Shown here: positions 1 to 9,229 of the stretch, piece by piece
How positions within the stretch are numbered: position 1 is the first letter of the stretch
How the letters are laid out: every line of letters begins with the position of its first letter
Assembly (NCBI GenBank): GCA_965248755.1
Contig: OZ252149.1
Span: 3,872,001-3,936,000, forward strand
DNA: 64,000 bases
Reading direction: 5' to 3'
Source of the DNA: Candidatus Latescibacterota bacterium
Lineage (GTDB): Bacteria > Latescibacterota > CBDEFO01
Notes under the pieces: model-generated
Told to the model about the DNA's origin: nothing
Databases searched by the model: none
Seen by the model: the letters and a program-made list of their open reading frames with translations, nothing else
Translations under genes and position numbers: made by a program

Positions 1-1
1 C

Positions 2-592
2 TCCAGCATCAGAATTAAAACCAAAAGCTCGTCGGTTTGGTGCTGGATCATTTTGTCTCCCGATAGTCATTTGTAACTCAAGAGACTCAAATTGTAATTC
101 TAAGTATGCAGAGTAAACTCTCCGGTCTAAGGAGCCGTAGCTCAGATCGGGCATTATCCCATCAAACTCATAGACCAAAAGATCTTTTTGGTCTGGATTT
201 AGGTTTTTAAACATATCAGCTTCTCTATAATACTCAGATTCTTTCAGTTCTGGATTCTGATCCATATAATTCAAAAAACGTTCTATTCCGTTACCCTCCT
301 CTCTCATACCAACCCAGGTATTACCTTTATCATCTATTCGAAAAAAACTCCAGGGTGAAGGAGGCAAGAACCTAAAGCGCCAATAGGTTTGGCCATCAAT
401 TAAGTGAATTGAGACCATCTCAACTGTAGTATCTGGTGGACTCGGCGGCCCATATCCAAATGAAGACTGAACGTATATCCAAATATTTCCTTCCTGTACG
501 GGAAAGAAGAAGTCTTCAGAGTGGATGATCTTGGGAAGGGCCAGAATTAGAAGGATAAGCACTATTAAAATGTGAATCCACCACCTTTTCAT
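2..592 (-). CDS. Secreted hypothetical protein, partial (runs off the window start)
   Basis: ATG at 592 after GCGGAG. Reads MKRWWIHILIVLILLILALPKIIHSEDFFFPVQEGNIWIY..., a signal-peptide-like start, and stays open to the window edge. Absent from the ORF track because it has no stop. Confidence 0.75.
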   Translation of the reverse strand, partial: MKRWWIHILIVLILLILALPKIIHSEDFFFPVQEGNIWIYVQSSFGYGPPSPPDTTVEMVSIHLIDGQTYWRFRFLPPSPWSFFRIDDKGNTWVGMREEGNGIERFLNYMDQNPELKESEYYREADMFKNLNPDQKDLLVYEFDGIMPDLSYGSLDRRVYSAYLELQFESLELQMTIGRQNDPAPNRRAFGFNSDAG

Positions 593-619
593 AGCTCCGC
601 AGAAAAGATCTACAGTCGC

Positions 620-1267
620 CTAAAAGATATATATCTTCGTCCCCACTGGTGAGGCATCGTAGACAATCTCAAGGTTGTTGTCGCCCAATCTGACACAGCC
701 GTGCGTCACGTTCTCGCCCAAAAGCCTCGTGTAGAGCGTCCCGTGGATAAAGTATCCATCTCCGAAGTGTAGGGCATATCTGCCCAAAACATCCTCCTCC
801 AGTCGCTCCGGTGAAAGCGCCGGAGGGATAGGCTCACTCTCCTCCACAAACGCCCAGTCAGGCTTTATCCAGATGGGGTCTTTGTATTTCCCCAACACCT
901 CAAAGGTGCCCTTAGGGGTATTAAAGATCCATTTTTGCCCCTCTGGTCCCTCCAACTGCGCGCCGCTTCCTGTAGAACAGATAGTTTCCCTTAATATCTT
1001 GTTGCCCTGCATTAGGAACAACCGACCGCGATTCGCATCTACAACTATATATATTTCATCGGGAGATAGTTTTTCTATGCTTTCTTCAAGCTCTCTGTTT
1101 TCCCCCTCTATCTTGAGGATGTCCCACTCCAGATCCTGCATAGCCTTGAGCAGTTGTCCCCTATCCATCTGATAGATTACATCCTTGCTCAGCTTCTGGA
1201 TAGTTTGCCTTAAAGGGGAAAAATCAAAGCCTACGACGATGGGAACGACAACGATCAAAAGGGCCAA
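620..1267 (-). CDS. L,D-transpeptidase (YkuD domain) with N-terminal anchor and coiled coil
   Basis: IHGT...THGCVRL catalytic motif and TPKGTF. The true start may be ATC at 1285, behind AAGGAGG. Confidence 0.9.
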   Translation of the reverse strand: MALLIVVVPIVVGFDFSPLRQTIQKLSKDVIYQMDRGQLLKAMQDLEWDILKIEGENRELEESIEKLSPDEIYIVVDANRGRLFLMQGNKILRETICSTGSGAQLEGPEGQKWIFNTPKGTFEVLGKYKDPIWIKPDWAFVEESEPIPPALSPERLEEDVLGRYALHFGDGYFIHGTLYTRLLGENVTHGCVRLGDNNLEIVYDASPVGTKIYIF

Positions 1268-1395
1268 TTTTGCTATGGCTTTGATAGTCGCCTCCTTAAG
1301 GTATGGTTATCTTTACGCCATTAAATCTAGGGGAAAGGTAACCTCGCCCTTTTTCTTCAGAGAGTTCTCCCATAAACCGATACGAAAACAGACGC

Positions 1396-2233
1396 CTACG
1401 GCAAATCGTCGTACGGTTCAAAGAGTCTATTGTAAAGCCGTCTGGCTTCTTCTATTGGGAGACCCTCTCCCAGGTAATCGTGGCCGTTGGGCCAAATTTC
1501 GTAGTGCAGATGTACGCCACTCTGGGTGTCCAATACGCCGTCCGAAGTTCCGGAATTTCCCACAAAGCCTATAAATCTCCCCTTCTGCACCCTTTTGCCC
1601 TCTACTATTTTGTCCGCGACCGTTGCAAGGTGAGCGTACCTTATTATAACACCGTCGTCGCTCTGGAGCCACACCTGTCTGCCCCTGAGCGCATCCAGGA
1701 TATTCCCCGCCTTACCTCCCAGTATCTTTGCTGCCAGAACGAGCGTCTCCCGATCTTTTCCATCACGTTCCCTGTAATCTCTGTCCGCTCTGACTACTAC
1801 GGCGTCGGTCATAGCTACTACAGGGTCTCCGAATGCGACCTTTCTTTTGTGAGGCTCATCGTAGTAGAATATGTCTATTCCCTGGTGTATCCCTCCCCTG
1901 TAGGGTCCTTCTGCACCCACAACGAGATTATCGTCAGACGCTACAGGGGAGGGCCCCAGGGATCGGGGAGACGTAGCCGTAAAGCTTCGGGGGAGATTCG
2001 ACACCTTCATCATTCTTATCTACTGCGTTATGTTTCGCCTGAACTACCTGCTCTGTCGTCGCTCGGGGTTTGAAGAAGACAAGAACGATAAAGGTCAAAG
2101 TGATTAAATTGCCTGCGAGGGCTAAGAAGAGCCACCTTCTAAGACTCCCAAAGAGGATAGTCTGCCCATCAACCTGTTTTTTCAAGGCCTCCCATCTTTC
2201 ATCTAATTCGAGAGCCTCTATGTCTTGCGACAT
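1396..2233 (-). pseudogene. M23 family peptidase with TM anchor, frameshifted near 1946-1949
   Basis: The N-terminal frame (MSQD...TM...YGYVSPIPGALP) and the C-terminal frame (HQGID, YAHL, HLHYE zinc motifs) join if one G is removed from the GGGG run. Confidence 0.75.
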
Positions 2234-2291
2234 CCCAATCCTCAAACAAGATACAACAGACAGGGCACCTCACGCCCCTGTATGCTGTCTG

Positions 2292-2882
2292 CTACCTGTT
2301 AGGGTATTTCTCCAAAGCGGCATTTATCTCTTCTACGAGGGCGTCGGCTCTATCCCTTATCACTTTGGCTTTGGAAGAGGCCACGAAGAAATCCTCATTC
2401 GAGATAGACATCCTGGCTTCGGCAAGAGACAGTTCGATGTCGCTTATGTCGGACCAGAACAGTTCTATGTCCGCCCTGGTGCCCTTACCGACTGGGGCTT
2501 TGCCTACAGCTGCTTTGGCATTGTCTATCGCAGCGACAGCCAGTGATCGCATTTCCTCGGCTGCGGATTTGGCAGCGGCTTTGTTTTCTTTTGCTATAGA
2601 CTCGACCTGAGCGGCATTTTCTGTTACCGAGGCGAGCATCCCTTTTGCCTCATCGTAGTTTCCGAAGAACTTTTCGTTCTCTTCGTTCACCTCGGCCAGG
2701 GCGGCATTTAAAGAAGCCTCAAGAGTGTTGAATTCCTCAGACGCATAAGTCTGGGCGTCCGCAGCGCGCGCAGAATCTACAGCTGACTCGGCAGACCTTA
2801 TTTCCTCAACAGGTTCCTTACCACACCCCACAACAAAAAGGACTGCAGCAAAAGACGCTAGGATCGAAAATTTACGTAACAT
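2292..2882 (-). CDS. Alpha-helical lipoprotein (DUF4398-like)
   Basis: Lipobox VVGC, Ala/Glu-rich helical repeats (ADAQTYASEEF), SD GGAGG. Confidence 0.7.
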   Translation of the reverse strand: MLRKFSILASFAAVLFVVGCGKEPVEEIRSAESAVDSARAADAQTYASEEFNTLEASLNAALAEVNEENEKFFGNYDEAKGMLASVTENAAQVESIAKENKAAAKSAAEEMRSLAVAAIDNAKAAVGKAPVGKGTRADIELFWSDISDIELSLAEARMSISNEDFFVASSKAKVIRDRADALVEEINAALEKYPNR

Positions 2883-2929
2883 AATAGACTTGACCCTCCC
2901 TTGAAAAGAGTAATTTTAAGTGGTGCAAC

Positions 2930-3060
2930 GTGCACTCTGTGTGCCACCACTCCGTGTGCCACCACTCTGTGTGCCACCACTCTGTGTGCCACCACTCCGT
3001 GTGCTACCACTCCGTGTGCTACCACTCCGTGTGCTACCACTCCGTGTGCTACCACTCCGT
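2930..3060. repeat. Tandem repeat of 8 x 15 bp GTGCYACCACTCYGT plus a partial unit
   Basis: Units visible directly from 2941 to 3060 with no spacers. Confidence 0.97.
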
Positions 3061-3147
3061 AAGAAAACCGCACTTTTGTTGACCAAAAAAACGCTGGACA
3101 GATGGGATGTAGGAAGCCTCACCTCCTAACATATCGGGGAGCTTAAG

Positions 3148-3942
3148 TTATTTCTTGCTCTTCTTGGAGACCGATTTCAGTCTCTCCTTTGCTAACTTTG
3201 CCTCATTAGAAGAGGGGAACTTCTCTACAAGGTCTTTGAGATATTTGACAGCGCCCTTGTGATCTTTCAACTCAGCTAGAGTATATCCCATCTTGAGGAG
3301 GACCCCTGGAATCTTTTCAGAATTTGGATATTTTCCCATGACCTTCTGAAACTCCACGAGCGCCTTTTTATATTCCCCTTGAACGTAGTAACATTCACCG
3401 ATCCAATATTGAGCGTTATCTGCAAGGTCAGTCTGTGGAAAATCAGAAAGGTACCTGGAGAACTCGGCGATAGCTAACTGATAATTGCCCCCTTTGATGT
3501 CTTCCTGCGCGCTATCGTAGAGTGTTTTTGGATCGACCTTCAGGTTCGTCTTGAAGGTCATAACTGCCTTTGCAGGCTTGGAAGTATCTCCATCTGAAGA
3601 GACCGGGCGTCCCCCACCATAAAGCTGGATAGCATCCAGCTTCTCAGAGAACCTTGCGAGCCGGTCGCTGTTGTCAGTTATCTTGCTGTTGAGTACCTGT
3701 ACTTGCCTCTCCAGAGCCTCGATCCTGACCATCAAATCCGCCCCGATTCTTCTGGAGGCCCTCTCCTGGTCCCTCAGCAGGCTATCTATGGCACTTATCG
3801 AAGCGGCGATCTGGTCCAACTGTTCCTGGACACCTGGAGATTTTTTGCCCTTCTTGACTGCACCTCCCAAAAGTAAAACAACTAATACCGATAATCCCAG
3901 TAGGACCGGGACGCCTCTAAATATCTTATGGATTCTCATCAT
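3148..3942 (-). CDS. cpoB: Tol-Pal system TPR protein CpoB/YbgF
   Basis: Coiled coil followed by TPRs (LADNAQYWIGECYY, YPNSEK); lies downstream of pal. Confidence 0.9.
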   Translation of the reverse strand: MMRIHKIFRGVPVLLGLSVLVVLLLGGAVKKGKKSPGVQEQLDQIAASISAIDSLLRDQERASRRIGADLMVRIEALERQVQVLNSKITDNSDRLARFSEKLDAIQLYGGGRPVSSDGDTSKPAKAVMTFKTNLKVDPKTLYDSAQEDIKGGNYQLAIAEFSRYLSDFPQTDLADNAQYWIGECYYVQGEYKKALVEFQKVMGKYPNSEKIPGVLLKMGYTLAELKDHKGAVKYLKDLVEKFPSSNEAKLAKERLKSVSKKSKK

Positions 3943-4096
3943 CAGCCTGCAAACCAAAGACGGACTCGACTTTACACGACAATTAAGAGGGTCAGAGTTT
4001 GTCTCTAACCCTCAAATGGATTTGGAGCCTAAAATGAGCAAAAGAGGAAAAGTTGACTCCTACTTACCACAAGATCAGGAGGATAGGAAACCGCCT

Positions 4097-4702
4097 CTAT
4101 CTAACCAAAACAAACGTCGCTCTCCTATTTTTCGCCCACGCCTCTGTGTTATGGCCCGGGTCTAAGGGTCTTTCTTCGCCGTAGCTAACTGTGGACAGCC
4201 GAACCTCATCGACCCCGAGGTTCACTAGATAGTTCCTGGCGCTTGTGGCCCTTTTCTCCCCTAACACCAAATTGTACTCTATCGTCCCGCGCTCGTCGCA
4301 GTTGCCCTCTATCAGGATCTTTACATCAGGGTTTTCCCCAAGATTCTTGGCGTGTTCCTCCAGGATGGGCTTGGCGTCGTCCCTGATAAGGTACTTGTCG
4401 AAATCGAAGTTGATGTCCCGCAAGCTGGTCTGCAACTCATTTAGCTTAATCTCCCTTGCCTCTCCTCTCTTTGTTTCCTCTTCAGCTTTTTTCCTTTCCC
4501 CTTCAGCTCTCCTTTTTTCTGCCTCAGCTTTTTTCCTTTCCCCTTCAGCTTTTCTCTCTGCCTCTTCGACTGCCAGCTTCTCCTGTTCAGCTCTTACAGC
4601 CTCCTCATCTACCAGCGGCTTCTTGGCAGCGCAGCTCGAGAGCACAAAGGCTAAGGCAAGAGCAAACAATACTGCCGTTGCGAGATTGGTGAACCGCTTC
4701 AT
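4097..4702 (-). CDS. pal: Peptidoglycan-associated lipoprotein Pal
   Basis: Lipobox LSSC; OmpA-like INFDFDK, IEGNCDERGTIEYNLVLGEKRA, SYGEERP, NRR; SD AAGGAG. Confidence 0.97.
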   Translation of the reverse strand: MKRFTNLATAVLFALALAFVLSSCAAKKPLVDEEAVRAEQEKLAVEEAERKAEGERKKAEAEKRRAEGERKKAEEETKRGEAREIKLNELQTSLRDINFDFDKYLIRDDAKPILEEHAKNLGENPDVKILIEGNCDERGTIEYNLVLGEKRATSARNYLVNLGVDEVRLSTVSYGEERPLDPGHNTEAWAKNRRATFVLVR

Positions 4703-4943
4703 TTTGAGATTCTCCTTCCCTTTGGATAGAACTAACCCAACGATGAAAACGATTGACACATCTAGTGCGCATTCCCTTGTTGCTTACAGAAACATGCCAT
4801 ATCCCAGGTTAAGCTAAGATATCACCCCCTTGCTTTTCTCCACGTTCGGTTTTCTCAGGACGAACACGCGTATACCCCTACGACATATTGCATAGGGGCG
4901 AACCCCGTTTTCGCCCGATTTAATTGTCAAGGCCACTGTCAAA

Positions 4944-6278
4944 TTAGAGTCTCGGCGACCACGACGGAGAGTAGTTGCCTCCGCCAGACGTAATCCGTCT
5001 TTGATCTGATCCGTCCCAGTTCATCACGTAGATTTCAGACTTTCCGCTCCTGGTCGAACTGAAGGCGATGCGAAGGCCATCTGGTGACCAGACGGGGTTT
5101 TCATTGCTACCTGCGTTGGACGTAAGCCTCATCACATTTTCGCCGTAGATGTCCGAGATGTAGATATCAAACAGGTAAGTCCCCCTGGACACAAACGCTA
5201 TCCTGTTCCCCCTCGGCGACCAGTTTGCTGAGTCCTCGTAAGCGTCGGCGCTCCAGGTGAGTCTCCTTGCGCCCGTCCCATCTGCGTTTATCACATATAT
5301 CTTGGGATTTCCCGAGCGATCGGAGGTGAAGGCGATTCTCTTGTCGTCCGGAGACCATACAGGTGACGTATCTATCCCCGGCTTGTACGTCAAGCGGCGC
5401 AGATTTCCTCCGTCAGGAGGATCGACAGTGTATATGTCAGAGTTGCCTTCCCTGCTCATCGTAAACGCTATCCTGGCACCGTCGTGCGACCAGGAGGGCG
5501 CAATGTTCAACCCTCTGAATTTAGACACGATAAGAGAGACGCTGCTCTTTAAATCCAACGTATATAGATCCCAGTTTTCACGACCGTCATCGTATAGACT
5601 GTAGGCTATCTTGCTGCCATCAGGAGACCAACAGGGAGACGTAATGATGGATCTTTGCAGGGTCACCTGTCTTTCTCCATATCCGTCCTGATCCACAATA
5701 TGGATCTCTTTGTAGCCGCTTCTCTTTGAGACAAAGGTTATCAGAGTTCTGGAGATTCCCTGTTCTCCTGTCAGGGCATATACGATGTCATCGCTGATCT
5801 GGTGACCCACCCAACGGGCGTCCTTTTCTTCAACATTGTACTCCTCCACCGATAAGAGCTGTCCAACCGAGACATCAAATAGCTTCACAGCGATGGAAAC
5901 TCTATCTTTGTCTTCCTTTATGTTTCCGCTGATTAAGGCTCGAGCTCCTAGCGATTTCCATCTGTCTATCTTTCCCGACTGGACAGATAAACTGTCCTTA
6001 AGAGCGGAGCTATCCATAAGATCGAAAAGGCCTGAACTCTGAAGATCCGCTTTAAAGACATCCAGGGTCGTCGAAGCTACCTTTCTGTTCTGCCCCCAGA
6101 TCCCATTGGACGTGAAATCATCCACTGCAATAGGTATTCTCTTTAATCGCCCGCCCTTAATCCCCAAATATACCTCAGACTGAGAAAATGCCAAAGGTGG
6201 TGCGACAATTCCGTGAGGCTCAAAAAGATAAAGAGAAAGAGCAAAAATGAAAATATGTCTAAAACTATATCTTTGCAT
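4944..6278 (-). CDS. tolB: Tol-Pal beta-propeller protein TolB
   Basis: N-terminal IPIAV domain plus repeated PxWSPDG (PD40) blades; operon context. Confidence 0.95.
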   Translation of the reverse strand: MQRYSFRHIFIFALSLYLFEPHGIVAPPLAFSQSEVYLGIKGGRLKRIPIAVDDFTSNGIWGQNRKVASTTLDVFKADLQSSGLFDLMDSSALKDSLSVQSGKIDRWKSLGARALISGNIKEDKDRVSIAVKLFDVSVGQLLSVEEYNVEEKDARWVGHQISDDIVYALTGEQGISRTLITFVSKRSGYKEIHIVDQDGYGERQVTLQRSIITSPCWSPDGSKIAYSLYDDGRENWDLYTLDLKSSVSLIVSKFRGLNIAPSWSHDGARIAFTMSREGNSDIYTVDPPDGGNLRRLTYKPGIDTSPVWSPDDKRIAFTSDRSGNPKIYVINADGTGARRLTWSADAYEDSANWSPRGNRIAFVSRGTYLFDIYISDIYGENVMRLTSNAGSNENPVWSPDGLRIAFSSTRSGKSEIYVMNWDGSDQRRITSGGGNYSPSWSPRL

Positions 6279-6293
6279 TCAGATTTAACCCTT

Positions 6294-6944
6294 TTAGTAT
6301 TCGAAGAAAAAGTGCACGCCTAAGTTCTTCTCTTGGAACTGGGGTGGAAGTGGAAGCATAGGATCTGACGCTAACACGGCCCTTAGTGCAGATTTGTCAA
6401 CCGTCACAGATCCTGACCCGCTTTCTACAAATACATCTGTAATAGTGCCATCTCTGTGGATTCGGAAAAAGACCGTCGCCTTTACTGCGTTTCTATCGGC
6501 CATCAAAGGTCGAATCCATTTTGAAACTATCCTATCCTGTATATTTTCCAGGTACTCCGGATACGGGAAGGACTCAGTGTCAAGCCTGATATTCTGGCTC
6601 TGGAGGTTCTCAGGCGCACCATCAGGTTTTTTCTCCGGCGCCTTCTGTCCTTTGTCCTCTTTTTTACTTTCTTTCTTTTTGGGTTTTCTAGGTCTTTTAG
6701 GGGTCTCTAAAGGTATCTTTTTCGTATTGTCCTGGACTCGAACCGGCTTGGGGGAGATAGGTGACTTTTTTGCACTGAATGCCTGGACTTTCTTGACCCG
6801 GGTCAATGCCGAAGGCGTTAGAAGGTTTACCGTATATACTCGCTCGTATTCTACCCGTTTGGTGCTGGTCCAACCCGGCAGAAATCCAAGTGCGCCAATA
6901 AAAGTCACATGCGCCAGAAGAGATAGTAAGATTATTCGCTTCAT
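6294..6944 (-). CDS. tolA: TolA/TonB-like energy transducer
   Basis: TM segment with SLLAH, Lys/Pro-rich linker, TonB C-terminal domain (SGSVTVDKSALRAV). Confidence 0.8.
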   Translation of the reverse strand: MKRIILLSLLAHVTFIGALGFLPGWTSTKRVEYERVYTVNLLTPSALTRVKKVQAFSAKKSPISPKPVRVQDNTKKIPLETPKRPRKPKKKESKKEDKGQKAPEKKPDGAPENLQSQNIRLDTESFPYPEYLENIQDRIVSKWIRPLMADRNAVKATVFFRIHRDGTITDVFVESGSGSVTVDKSALRAVLASDPMLPLPPQFQEKNLGVHFFFEY

Positions 6945-6946
6945 TT

Positions 6947-7351
6947 TTAATTTGCATCGGCATGTTCCGATTCGACAATTAGACCGAGTTCCTCCCTGCC
7001 CAACGCCTTTATCTTGGCTATGATATCCACCACTTTCCCATACTCAACCCCTCTGTCCGCCCTTAAGAAGACGGAGTTTATACTACCTTTTCTCCAAACT
7101 TCTGAGAACTCCTGATCGAAGTTAGTGTATGAGATCTTTGTTTTGTCCAGGAAGATCGATCCGTCTTTGGTAACACTTATCACGATTCCCTCTTTAATGT
7201 CCGCCCTTTCGACCTTGACCTTGGGGAGTTTAAGGTCTACCCATTCCTGGAGTGCAGGCGCGGTGATTATGAAGATTATTAAGAGCACCATCGTCACATC
7301 TACCAAAGAAGTGATGTTTATCTCAGAAAGAGACGACCGCCTGATCTTCAT
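6947..7351 (-). CDS. tolR: TolR/ExbD
   Basis: EINITSLVDVTMVLLIIF and LRADRGVEYG motifs; ATGA overlap with tolQ. Confidence 0.92.
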   Translation of the reverse strand: MKIRRSSLSEINITSLVDVTMVLLIIFIITAPALQEWVDLKLPKVKVERADIKEGIVISVTKDGSIFLDKTKISYTNFDQEFSEVWRKGSINSVFLRADRGVEYGKVVDIIAKIKALGREELGLIVESEHADAN

Positions 7352-8064
7352 GGCTTCGGCTCCTCCAAAAGACTGCAAACAAACTCAAAAGCGAACTCCT
7401 CCATCAGATTCCTAACGCCCTCTAATTTCCCCAAGAAATAGTTATATGCGATGACAGCCGGTATAGCAGTCGCCAGCCCGGCGATGGTCGTAATCAAAGC
7501 TTCCGCGATCCCCGGAGCCACTACGCCGATGCTTGCCGAGCCTCGCTGGCCTATATTTATAAAGGCGATCATCACACCCCACACGGTCCCCAAAAGCCCG
7601 AAGAAAGGGCTGACACTGGCCGTGGTTGCCAGAAAGCCCATATACTGTTCCATTTTCAAGATCTCCGCGGACGCTTCGATCTGTAATGCGTCTTCTATGG
7701 TCTTTCTATCCTCCTGCAGAAATTCTGGGTAGGGACCGTCCGCTCGTTTGGAGTTACGATAGGACACCTGCCTGTTCTTTTGAATCCTTCGGTAACCCCT
7801 TTCAAAGAGCCTAAAGAGAGGACTGTTCCTGAACTGACGATAAGCTCTACGTATGTCCGATATATCAGCATCGGAGCGGAAAAAGTCGAGGAACTTTTGG
7901 GATTCTCTGTAAATTCTCCTGAAGGAGATTAACTTTTGAACTACAATCGCCCAGGACACCACAGAGAACATAAAAAGTATCAGAAGGATCGTCTTTGCAA
8001 CCGGACCCGCATTTATTACGAGCCCCCAGGCTCCTTGTTGAAAGCCACCGTTCAAAGCAGGCAT
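7348..8064 (-). CDS. tolQ: TolQ/ExbB proton channel
   Basis: SPFFGLLGTVWG and APGIAEALITTIAGL motifs. Confidence 0.95.
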   Translation of the reverse strand: MPALNGGFQQGAWGLVINAGPVAKTILLILFMFSVVSWAIVVQKLISFRRIYRESQKFLDFFRSDADISDIRRAYRQFRNSPLFRLFERGYRRIQKNRQVSYRNSKRADGPYPEFLQEDRKTIEDALQIEASAEILKMEQYMGFLATTASVSPFFGLLGTVWGVMIAFINIGQRGSASIGVVAPGIAEALITTIAGLATAIPAVIAYNYFLGKLEGVRNLMEEFAFEFVCSLLEEPKP

Positions 8065-8304
8065 CCCTCTCCGGATTCTGAAACTATCGGCAAATACCTA
8101 AATCTACTGTCAAATATATGCAATTAGAATATGATTTGCAAGTAAAATGTTGACTTTTGATGCAGTTGGATAGTAAAGAAACAAATTATTGAAAAGTTCC
8201 CGTGCAAGGTGGCGTGGCCACTTTGCTGAGTAGAGGATTGTGAAGCACCAGGTGGCCGAAGAGCTTTCTGGAAGGAAAATGGGCAATTTTGGCTGCCGCG
8301 TTAG

Positions 8305-8333
8305 TTGACAAGAGACGGGGAGTTTATTATATT
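8305..8333 (+). promoter_or_regulatory. Sigma70-like promoter
   Basis: TTGACA-17 nt-TATATT upstream of 8396. Confidence 0.6.
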
Positions 8334-8395
8334 GATCTATTCGGTATCATAAGGAGGACGGGTGTAACCTCAACGCAGATAGAATGTGATAGGAT

Positions 8396-9197
8396 ATGAG
8401 AATGAAAATCGGCGTGATTCACTACAACTTTCCACGATATTCCTTGGAAACTTTCCTGGACTATGCAGTGGATACGGGATACGGGTACGTGGAACTCCAG
8501 ATAAGAGATCTCTGGGAAAGCGAGGCAGTCAATCCTGAAAAGAAGGCCGAAGAGGTGAAAAGAGAAGTCGAATCTAGAGGCTTGTCTGTCTCCGCGCTTT
8601 CCGCGTCCAACGATTTCGTGCACTTGGCAGAGAAAGAGTTCCAGGTAAACAGAATGAAGAGGATATGCGGTCTGGCCGTGATATTGGGGACGAACGTATT
8701 GAGGACTGAGGGCGGGCAGCCGAAAGAATCTGTGCCTGAGGAGAGATGGGTCGATGCAATGGTGGGCTGCTTCAAGAGGTGCGTTGACTTCATCTAGAAG
8801 GTTGGCATCCACCTTGCTGTTGATCATCACGGTTATGTGACAAATGACGCGGATCGTCAAATAGAGATGTTCGATAGAGTCGGGTCCAAAAACATCGAAG
8901 CGAATTCTGGATACTATGAATTACAGATGGTTCGGACACGACCTGCAGACAGTGGGGAAATTCTATGAGATGATAGCCCCATGGGTTTTTCACGTCCATA
9001 TGAAGGACGGAAGTGGAAGTCTTGGAGATTATCAGGGTGCTGCGTTGGGAGAGGGAGAGATAGACTTAACCAGGGCAGTACGATGTCTAAAGGATGTGGG
9101 CTACGACGGCGTGTGGTGCGCTGAGTACGAAGGGGTAGAGAATCCCCAAGCAGGATACAGAAGGTGCTTCGAGTATCTGAAGGGAACAATCCATTAG
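8396..9197 (+). pseudogene. Sugar phosphate isomerase/epimerase (TIM barrel), disrupted
   Basis: In-frame TAG at 8795-8797 (DFI*KVGIHLAVDHHG) plus an extra base near 8906. The repaired frame gives NLDTMNY...HVHMKD...LGEGEID...EYE, the family motifs. Confidence 0.8.
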
Positions 9198-9229
9198 CTG
9201 AAGGTCAACGGGTGATTGGAGTTTCGTCA

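Noticed and set aside
2930..3060. CRISPR array
   Set aside because: The 15-bp units are contiguous with no unique spacers, and there are no cas genes.
8795..8797. Pyrrolysine or TAG recoding in the sugar isomerase, tempting given the methylamine genes
   Set aside because: The same gene also has a frameshift, TAG ends many intact genes here, and no pyl genes are visible. A GAG>TAG nonsense change is simpler.
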